A DNA stretch of 32,000 bases from Tannockella kyphosi (GTDB lineage: Bacteria > Bacillota_I > Bacilli_A > Erysipelotrichales > Coprobacillaceae), in contig NZ_CP088239.1 of NCBI RefSeq assembly GCF_021054785.1, forward strand, positions 900,001 to 932,000, read 5' to 3'. The notes beneath the pieces are model-generated. The model saw nothing but the letters and a program-made list of their open reading frames with translations. It was not told the DNA's origin and made no database searches. Positions within the stretch are counted from its first letter, which is position 1. Each line of letters starts with the position of its first letter. Shown one piece after another: positions 25,154 to 32,000 of this stretch. Both the position numbers and the translations under genes were made by a program.

Positions 25154-26959
25154 CTAATCTAATTTATCTTTTCCAGTATATAAACTATAATATTTACCTT
25201 TTAATGCTAACAATTGTTCATGATCACCAGATTCAATAATTTGACCATGTTCTAAAACAAAAATTTGATCTGAATTTCTTACAGTTGATAAACGATGTGC
25301 AATAACAAATGTCGTACGATTCTCCATTAGACGATCTAAGGCTTGTTCTATATGTCTTTCCGTTCTTGTATCTACAGAACTAGTCGCTTCATCTAGCACT
25401 AAAATAGGTGCTTTTGAAATAGCAGCACGAGCAATATTTAATAATTGTCGTTGTCCTTGGCTTAAATTAGCTCCATCCCCTTCTAATAAAGTATCATACC
25501 CATTTTCTAATCTTCTAATAAAACGATCTGCATTTGCAGTTTTCGCTGCTTCAATAACTTCTTGATTCGTTGCATCTAATCGACCATAACGAATATTTTC
25601 CATTACTGTACCCGTAAATAAGTGTGTATCTTGTAATACCATTGCAATATTTTGACGTAACACATCCTTATTAAACTCTTTAATAGATACACCATCTATC
25701 ATTATATCACCATCTTCAATATCATAAAAACGATTAATTAAATTTGTAATAGTAGTTTTTCCAGCCCCAGTAGATCCTACAAAAGCTATCTTTTGAGTTA
25801 CATTTGCTTTTAATGAAATATCTTTTAATACTAATTTATCCTTATGATAACCAAAAGAAATATGATCAAACACAATTTGATTAACACTATCAATATTATT
25901 AATACAATTCTCCATGTTAGCAACCTCTGGTTCTTCATCCATTACTTCAAATACACGTTCTGCCCCTGCTAAAGCAGCAAAAACAGTATTTATTTGCATA
26001 AAGATATCATTAATAGGTCTACTAAAGCTTTTAGAATAAGCAACAAATATTGTATATCCACCAATATCAAAACCATTATAAATACAAAGCATTGCTCCAG
26101 CAAAAGCAGTAATCATATAACTACAAGAACTTAAAGAACCCATTATTGGTCCTAAAGTACCAGATAAAAATTGTGCTTTTAAAGATTTTTGAGTGTAATC
26201 CATATTAAACTCATCAAAAGTTTCAAGCATTTCTTCTTCATGATTAAAAACTTTTACTACCTTTTGACCAGTAATACTTTCTTCAATAAAACCATTTAAT
26301 CGCCCTAATACTTTTTGTTGACCACCATAATAATGCATGCTCTTTTTAGAAATAATAGTTGATAAATAACTAAATACAGGCAATATTAATAACGTTAAAA
26401 CCGTTAATAAAACATTCGTATAAAACATGATAATAACAGTTGTTGTTAATGTAATAACACCTGAAACGATTTGAACACAAGTTGTTGATAACATTTGACT
26501 AATGGCATCCACATCATTTGAGAAACGACTCATTAAGTCTCCATTATTATTAGAATCAAAATATCGTAAAGGTAATTTTTGTAACTTATTATACAAATCA
26601 CTACGTAATTGTTTTAATGATCCTTGAGCTACATATAGCATAATACGAGATTGCAAATAATAACAAATTACTGCAACAATATAAACACAAGCCATAATCA
26701 TTAAATCTTCCATTAAAGCACTTAATCCTTCTTCTAAAACAACTCCATTAATAATTGGTCGTAATAAATAAGTAGCAATAATAGTAAAACTACTATTAAT
26801 AATAATACATATAAAAGCAAGAACTAATAACATTTTTTTCTCACTCAAATACTTCCACAAACGTTTTAAAGCTTTTTTGTGATCTTTTACTTCCGCTTTT
26901 ACTTGCATTCCTCTTGGACCACCAGCTTGTGTTATAGGAACAGGTCTATTATTAGCCAT
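25154..26959 (-). CDS. ABC exporter, fused permease/ATPase (heterodimer subunit B)
   Basis: Six-TM N-terminal half, then Walker A GSTGAGKTT, signature LSQGQRQ and Walker B ILVLDEATS. Overlaps the upstream partner by 8 nt. Confidence 0.9.
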   Translation of the reverse strand: MANNRPVPITQAGGPRGMQVKAEVKDHKKALKRLWKYLSEKKMLLVLAFICIIINSSFTIIATYLLRPIINGVVLEEGLSALMEDLMIMACVYIVAVICYYLQSRIMLYVAQGSLKQLRSDLYNKLQKLPLRYFDSNNNGDLMSRFSNDVDAISQMLSTTCVQIVSGVITLTTTVIIMFYTNVLLTVLTLLILPVFSYLSTIISKKSMHYYGGQQKVLGRLNGFIEESITGQKVVKVFNHEEEMLETFDEFNMDYTQKSLKAQFLSGTLGPIMGSLSSCSYMITAFAGAMLCIYNGFDIGGYTIFVAYSKSFSRPINDIFMQINTVFAALAGAERVFEVMDEEPEVANMENCINNIDSVNQIVFDHISFGYHKDKLVLKDISLKANVTQKIAFVGSTGAGKTTITNLINRFYDIEDGDIMIDGVSIKEFNKDVLRQNIAMVLQDTHLFTGTVMENIRYGRLDATNQEVIEAAKTANADRFIRRLENGYDTLLEGDGANLSQGQRQLLNIARAAISKAPILVLDEATSSVDTRTERHIEQALDRLMENRTTFVIAHRLSTVRNSDQIFVLEHGQIIESGDHEQLLALKGKYYSLYTGKDKLD

Positions 26960-28694
26960 TTGACACTACCTCCTCACTTCCAACTTGAGAGTGGAATATT
27001 TCTTGATAAGTAAGACATGTATTAATTAAATCATCATGTTTACCAATTGCTTCAATCTTACCATCATTCATAACAATGATATTATCAGCATGAACAATCG
27101 AACTAACACGTTGTGCAATAATCAATTTTGTAGAATTTTTCAATTCATTATTCAAATGATGATTAATAACAGCCTCTGTAGCAGTATCTACAGCACTAGT
27201 AGAATCATCAAAAATAAATATCTTTGGATTCTTTAACATTGCTCTAGCTATGCATAGACGTTGTTTTTGACCACCAGATAAGTTAACCCCACCTTGTTCA
27301 ATAAAAGTATCATATCCAAACTGACTATTATCAATAAAATCAGTAGCACTAGCCCACGATGCAACTTGTTGCAATTGTTCCATTGAAGCTTCTTTATCAC
27401 CCCAACGTAAATTTTCAGCAATACTACCAGTAAACAATCGATTACTTTGTAAAATTACAGCAACACCATCTCTTAAATTTTTAAGAGAATAATCTTTAAC
27501 ATTAATATCATCAATATAAACAGCACCACTATCCACATCATAAAGACGAGGAATTAAATTAACAAGACTTGTTTTACCACATCCTGTCGATCCAATGATC
27601 CCAATTGTTTGTCCTGCTTCAATTGTAAAAGATACATTTTCTAACACATCTTCACTATTGTTCTTATAGTATTTAAAACTAACATTCTCAAAACAAATCT
27701 TCCCATTCATCACGGTTTGACTTGATAAATCATTTTCATAATCAATGATATCAATATCTGTATCTAATACTTCAGAAACACGTTTTGCACTAACTAATGC
27801 TCTAGAACACTGTAAAAACATCATTGCTATCATATTTACTGAAATTAAAATTTGAGCCAAATAAGTAACTAATGCACTTAAATCACCAATTAATAATGTA
27901 TCAGATTGCACTAAAACACAACCAAACCATAATAAAGCAATACTTGCCATATTAATAAAGAATGTCATTAATGGCATTTGTAAAATAGTAATTAAATAAG
28001 CTGAAATACCAGCTTTTTCTAATTCTTCATTCACTGACTGAAAACGATCATTTTCATAAGTTTCTCTAGTTAATGCTTTAATAACACGAATATTAATTAA
28101 AGTTTCTTGTACTTTTGTATTTAAGCCATCCACCTTTTCTTGTAATGCATCAAATTTTTTATAAGAAAATGCAATTGTTAAAATGATAACACCTGATAAT
28201 AAAGGAACAATAATAATAAAAATAAACGCTAATTTAACATTAATTTGAAAAGCCATTATAATAGATCCAATCAACATCCCAGGTGATCGAAACATCATTC
28301 TAAGACAATAAACTACTAATTGTTGTAACTGTGTAATATCATTCGTTAAACGAGTAATAAGTGACCCTGTTGTAAAATCATCGATATTTGCAAAAGAAAA
28401 CTGTTGAATCTTTTGAAACAAATCACGACGAACATCATTCGCAAAATACACAGAAGCTCTAGTAGCACAATAAGATGCACCAACCCCTCCACATACTGCA
28501 AAAACAATATGCACGGCAATAAGACCTGTCAATGCAAAAACCTGTTGAGAATCATTTAATAATATCCCTTCATTGATGATTCTAGCTGCTAGTAAAGGTA
28601 TTTGAATATCACAATACACTTCAATAATCATCAATAAAGGAGATAAAACAAAGAATATCCAGTAAGGCTTAATATATTTAAAATATTTTTTCAT
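26952..28694 (-). CDS. ABC exporter, fused permease/ATPase (heterodimer subunit A)
   Basis: Walker A GSTGCGKTS, signature LSGGQKQR, Walker B IFIFDDSTS. Start moved to ATG 28694 (MKKYFKYIKPYW) behind GGGGGA. Confidence 0.9.
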   Translation of the reverse strand: MKKYFKYIKPYWIFFVLSPLLMIIEVYCDIQIPLLAARIINEGILLNDSQQVFALTGLIAVHIVFAVCGGVGASYCATRASVYFANDVRRDLFQKIQQFSFANIDDFTTGSLITRLTNDITQLQQLVVYCLRMMFRSPGMLIGSIIMAFQINVKLAFIFIIIVPLLSGVIILTIAFSYKKFDALQEKVDGLNTKVQETLINIRVIKALTRETYENDRFQSVNEELEKAGISAYLITILQMPLMTFFINMASIALLWFGCVLVQSDTLLIGDLSALVTYLAQILISVNMIAMMFLQCSRALVSAKRVSEVLDTDIDIIDYENDLSSQTVMNGKICFENVSFKYYKNNSEDVLENVSFTIEAGQTIGIIGSTGCGKTSLVNLIPRLYDVDSGAVYIDDINVKDYSLKNLRDGVAVILQSNRLFTGSIAENLRWGDKEASMEQLQQVASWASATDFIDNSQFGYDTFIEQGGVNLSGGQKQRLCIARAMLKNPKIFIFDDSTSAVDTATEAVINHHLNNELKNSTKLIIAQRVSSIVHADNIIVMNDGKIEAIGKHDDLINTCLTYQEIFHSQVGSEEVVSNG

Positions 28695-28705
28695 ACTTCC
28701 CCCTT

Positions 28706-28729
28706 TTGGTATCAACACATTGATACCAA
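28706..28729. promoter_or_regulatory. Perfect 10-4-10 inverted repeat, candidate MarR operator over the transcription start
   Basis: TTGGTATCAA caca TTGATACCAA lies between the predicted -10 (28733-28738) and the SD of the first ABC gene. Confidence 0.5.
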
Positions 28730-28732
28730 ACC

Positions 28733-28761
28733 ATAATAACACTCTTTATTACAAAAGTCAA
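28733..28761 (-). promoter_or_regulatory. Sigma-70-type promoter of the ABC-ABC-marR operon
   Basis: Minus strand: TTGACT - 17 nt - TATTAT, with a TGt extended -10. Confidence 0.55.
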
Positions 28762-28786
28762 AAAAAACCTTTCATTAGAAAGGTCA
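28759..28786 (-). terminator. Rho-independent terminator of the C92-like membrane protein gene
   Basis: The minus strand reads ACCTTTC TAAT GAAAGGT followed by TTTTTTTT. Confidence 0.75.
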
Positions 28787-28846
28787 CTTTTTAATCCACT
28801 ATATAACTTTTAGAAACACTACTATATTAATTCTATCTTCAACAAT

Positions 28847-30025
28847 TTATGAAATATGAACAATATAGGATATAATATAAATAGCAGCAACAAATATAGA
28901 ATAAATCATTAAAGTATGTAGTTTTTTTCTTTTTATTTTAATAGGCTTATTTTCACAAGTATAATCATACAATTCAGACAATTGAATTGTTTCTACAAAT
29001 TCAAGTTTACGATCATAATCTAATTCTATTAAATCAGTTGGTTTCACCAAAGTTTCGCATTTTTCAAAATAATTTAAACCAACACTAGCAAGTAAATTAT
29101 AAACAAATTGACTACAAAACATAATATTTGCCTTATATGTTTTATTCAAAGCCAAACCAACAAGATTATAAGCACTACCCTCTTGATTTATTTGTTTTAT
29201 TTTATTAATCATCTCTTGTTTTTGTTGTTTCGATGTAGGTAAACGGTAAACACGAATAGAAGCATCATCTTTTTTACAGAAATACTTGATAATCTCAGGA
29301 TTCAATCCTGGTGGCGTTACTTTCTGTCCACCATTATAACTAATCAACGTTTTTAAATCTTTATCAAAAGCAATCGATGCATGATTATATGGTTTATTAG
29401 TAAAAACTCCAATAACATCAGAAGTAATACTACCTGTATCAGATAAAACAATATATACATAATCATCATCCAAAGATTTATCTAAATTACTCGTGTATTC
29501 ATCACTTAAAGAATCAAAATTTAAATACTTATTAATACTATTTCTAGGAATTTCATCCTTCAATTCATAGAAAACTTCTCTATTAATTACTCTTCCTGCT
29601 TTTTCTAAAGAACTAGCTTTTTCTCGAACTAACTGAGACAAAATACGAGCATCTTCAAATGATAAACATGTATCATCAATTGTATGAAAAATATACTCTT
29701 TATTTTCTTCATTAATTATATAATATTCACAGGTAAAAGAAAGTAATAACAGTAAAATTGAAACTATTGTATTCAGTGTATTCCATTCGAAAAAGAAAAT
29801 AAAAAACACTTGTATAACTAAAATAGTCGTTTGAGCAAATACACCAATAACTATTTGGGATCTTTTAGAATACGTATTAAATACATTAAACACTAAAATA
29901 CACGCTATAAAAACATATAAGATAGTATGTAAAGACATATTAATATAACGATCTTGGACAGCTACAATAAATATAATAGCAAATAGTAATAAAAAAGACT
30001 CAAAAAACTTTTTGAAAGAAATCAT
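28847..30025 (-). CDS. Membrane-anchored protein with a permuted papain-like (YiiX/YaeF, peptidase C92-like) domain
   Basis: About 4 N-terminal TM segments and 1 C-terminal TM. The soluble domain has His before Cys: TNKPYNHASIAF ... YKANIMFCSQFVYNLL, as in the permuted NlpC/P60-type C92 family. Start moved to ATG 30025 behind AAAGGAG. Confidence 0.55.
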   Translation of the reverse strand: MISFKKFFESFLLLFAIIFIVAVQDRYINMSLHTILYVFIACILVFNVFNTYSKRSQIVIGVFAQTTILVIQVFFIFFFEWNTLNTIVSILLLLLSFTCEYYIINEENKEYIFHTIDDTCLSFEDARILSQLVREKASSLEKAGRVINREVFYELKDEIPRNSINKYLNFDSLSDEYTSNLDKSLDDDYVYIVLSDTGSITSDVIGVFTNKPYNHASIAFDKDLKTLISYNGGQKVTPPGLNPEIIKYFCKKDDASIRVYRLPTSKQQKQEMINKIKQINQEGSAYNLVGLALNKTYKANIMFCSQFVYNLLASVGLNYFEKCETLVKPTDLIELDYDRKLEFVETIQLSELYDYTCENKPIKIKRKKLHTLMIYSIFVAAIYIISYIVHIS

Positions 30026-30059
30026 AGTTGGTCTCCTTTCTTTTATAAACTGCTTTATC

Positions 30060-30088
30060 ATTATAACTCACTGTTGTATAGATGTAAA
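30060..30088 (-). promoter_or_regulatory. Near-consensus sigma-70 promoter of the C92-like gene
   Basis: Minus strand: TTTACA - 17 nt - TATAAT. Confidence 0.6.
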
Positions 30089-30120
30089 GAAGACAAAAAC
30101 CTCTTTATCAAAAGAGGTTT
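30084..30120 (-). terminator. Rho-independent terminator of the BceAB-like operon, overlapping its stop codon
   Basis: AACCTCTTT ATCA AAAGAGGTT (30098-30119). On the minus strand TTTTGTCTTCTTT follows. Confidence 0.7.
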
Positions 30121-30889
30121 AATTATCGAATAAATCTTGTGTTTCACTAGAAGTTAACTGGATTATTTCATAAAAATATTCTTTTTGTGTTTTATTCCCT
30201 CTTTCCAATTGAGCTGCAATTTTCCCATCTTTTATAAACAATAACTTAGATGAATAAGAAGCAATTTGAGCATCATGACTAACCATTACAATCGCTAGAT
30301 TATTTTCATTATTCATTGTCTTTAACATAGACAGAAGATCGTGAGAATTTTTGCTATCTAAATTACCTGTTGGTTCATCTGCGATAATAATTTTAGGATT
30401 GGTAACTAAAGATCTACAAATGGCTGCTCTTTGTTTTTGACCACCAGAACATTCATTAGGGAATTTATGAAGCAAATCACTAATCATTAATTTATCCGTA
30501 TATTCTTTTACTAATGTTTCAATATTATTGATTGATTTCTTTTGTAATGATAAAGGAGTAGCAATATTTTCGTAAATAGTTAATGACTCAATTAAATTAT
30601 AATTTTGAAATATAAAACCTAATTTCTCATATCTAAACTTCCCTATTTCTCTTTCACTCATTAACTTTATTTCTTTACCATCAATCTTTAAAATACCTTT
30701 ACTAGGTTCATCAATCGTAGAAATATTATTTAATAAAGTAGATTTACCAGAACCAGAAGGACCCATAATACATAAAAAATCACCCTCATATACAATCAAA
30801 CTAACATCACTAAGTGCTTCTAAAGCATGATCTGTATTTTCATTATATATTTTTGTAATATTCTTAGCATCAATTAATATTTTATTCAT
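30119..30889 (-). CDS. ABC transporter ATP-binding protein (MacB/BceA type)
   Basis: Walker A GPSGSGKST, signature SGGQKQR, Walker B IIIADEPTGNLD. Overlaps the upstream permease gene by 8 nt. Confidence 0.9.
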   Translation of the reverse strand: MNKILIDAKNITKIYNENTDHALEALSDVSLIVYEGDFLCIMGPSGSGKSTLLNNISTIDEPSKGILKIDGKEIKLMSEREIGKFRYEKLGFIFQNYNLIESLTIYENIATPLSLQKKSINNIETLVKEYTDKLMISDLLHKFPNECSGGQKQRAAICRSLVTNPKIIIADEPTGNLDSKNSHDLLSMLKTMNNENNLAIVMVSHDAQIASYSSKLLFIKDGKIAAQLERGNKTQKEYFYEIIQLTSSETQDLFDN

Positions 30890-32000
30890 AAACTTCTCCT
30901 TTTACTTTGATATTAACAGTTCGATTATATAAGTACATTGTAACAATCATGGATAAAAGTGATGGAAATACATAAAATAGGATTAAAGAAAATAACATCT
31001 TTGTACTTAATCCACCTGCTATCACAAATTTTAAACCTATTATTAAAATATAAGGTAATGGCATTACTAAAATAGTTCCATAAAATATCATAACTTCTTT
31101 TATAATCATATTTTTACGCTCTTGATAAATATAACCAATCTTTGCCATCGCAATAAACTCACCTTTTCGTAAAACAACAAGATCACAAAACTTACATACA
31201 AGCCCAACAATAATAAGAATAACAATGGATATGTAACTTAAAATAGCAGTGAAGTATTCATTTGATGAAGGATCTTGACCTATTAAAATAGGTACTAATA
31301 AAGTAATCAAACAAAGCATTAACATACTCATAATAATAGTCCCTTGCATTGAAACACAATAATTACTAAAAGGGATAAAAGAAAATGGTTTTTCAAGAAG
31401 TTTCTTCAAATTTAACTGACGAACCACCTTAGGAATAACTTGTTTAATAATCCCATACATTGCAAAAGAACCAAGAAAAGTAGGAACAACATATGCTACA
31501 GCATAATGTTCTTGGAAAACAATACTAATCAAAGCTGCAAAGTATATAAAAATATAAACTGGTGTTTTTATTTTAGTATCTTTTATTATTGTACCACTTG
31601 CTTTTTCTGTTCTTCCTAACAATACTTGAATTGTGTTTCGATGTGAAAACCCGGCAATTGATATCATAATAGTCATTATAATAGGAATAATAGTGAAACT
31701 ACATCCAAAATAAGTAGAAAAAGGAACATGATAGACAATATTAATATTAAGATATTGATACATAATGGTATATAACTGATTTAATGCGATAGTTCCTAAT
31801 AAAAAGGATAAAGGTATTGTAATAATTAAGATAACAGTAATTTGACAAGCTACATATAAAACAACATCAATAAAAGTCCCCCCACTAATATAGATTAGTG
31901 CAAACTCTTTGACTTTTTTATTCAAATAATAATCACTAGCATATAATATCATCACCCAACAAATACAAATAATTAAAAAAGGTAAACCAATTGACAATGG
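30882..32000 (-). CDS. FtsX-like ABC transporter permease (BceB type), C-terminal part; the ORF is still open at the right window edge
   Basis: Polytopic membrane protein directly upstream of, and translationally coupled to, the BceA-like ATPase. The M at 31997 in the ORF track is a TTG, and the frame stays open to position 32000. Confidence 0.75.
   Translation of the reverse strand, partial: PLSIGLPFLIICICWVMILYASDYYLNKKVKEFALIYISGGTFIDVVLYVACQITVILIITIPLSFLLGTIALNQLYTIMYQYLNINIVYHVPFSTYFGCSFTIIPIIMTIMISIAGFSHRNTIQVLLGRTEKASGTIIKDTKIKTPVYIFIYFAALISIVFQEHYAVAYVVPTFLGSFAMYGIIKQVIPKVVRQLNLKKLLEKPFSFIPFSNYCVSMQGTIIMSMLMLCLITLLVPILIGQDPSSNEYFTAILSYISIVILIIVGLVCKFCDLVVLRKGEFIAMAKIGYIYQERKNMIIKEVMIFYGTILVMPLPYILIIGLKFVIAGGLSTKMLFSLILFYVFPSLLSMIVTMYLYNRTVNIKVKGEVYE

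Noticed and set aside
1-32000. Looked for CRISPR arrays, rRNA or tRNA genes, prophage or defence-island signatures, and long tandem repeats
   Set aside because: None seen. Intergenic regions are short and are accounted for by promoters and terminators. The exceptions are those listed under findings.

Overview
Low-GC (about 30% by eye) Firmicutes chromosomal segment. Gene content and order resemble Bacilli, Clostridia or Erysipelotrichia genomes: yqeH-yhbY-nadD/yqeK-rsfS-yqeM, spoIIM-xerD-deoB, and spo0A. I support 31 protein-coding genes, two of them cut by the window edges. I recognised no rRNA, tRNA or CRISPR array. The left edge carries the 5' part of an IS110-family insertion sequence on the minus strand. 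Positions 0.7-7.2 kb hold a long plus-strand housekeeping operon: ribosome-biogenesis GTPase YqeH, YhbY, a fused NadD-YqeK, RsfS, a SAM methyltransferase, MtnN and a long U32 Fe-S protein. Positions 8.4-13.5 kb hold conserved genes of unknown function: an orphan PTS EIIB, an ACT plus UPF0210/DUF711 pair, and a DUF815 AAA ATPase coupled to a DUF2156/GNAT-like fusion. An orphan purF follows. Positions 15.3-18.9 kb hold a divergent IclR | FIST-domain protein + aldehyde dehydrogenase cassette. At 18991-19018, in the gap where gene orientation flips from mostly plus to mostly minus, sits a 28-bp dif-like XerC/XerD site, so this is probably the replication terminus. The right half is on the minus strand: deoB, xerD, spoIIM-like, dinB, spo0A, a MarR-linked heterodimeric ABC exporter, a membrane-anchored permuted papain-like (C92-like) protein, and a BceAB-like ABC transporter that runs off the right edge. 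Most notable are four items. (1) Spo0A has its phospho-acceptor Asp replaced by Asn and its acidic pocket DD replaced by EE. (2) The dif site lies at the strand switch. (3) The IclR-FIST-ALDH cassette has no known function. (4) The structured IS110 5' non-coding end fits a bridge RNA. I see no clear defence-type or mobile novel system. Much of the window is core genome, and all family assignments come from motif recognition by eye, not from searches.
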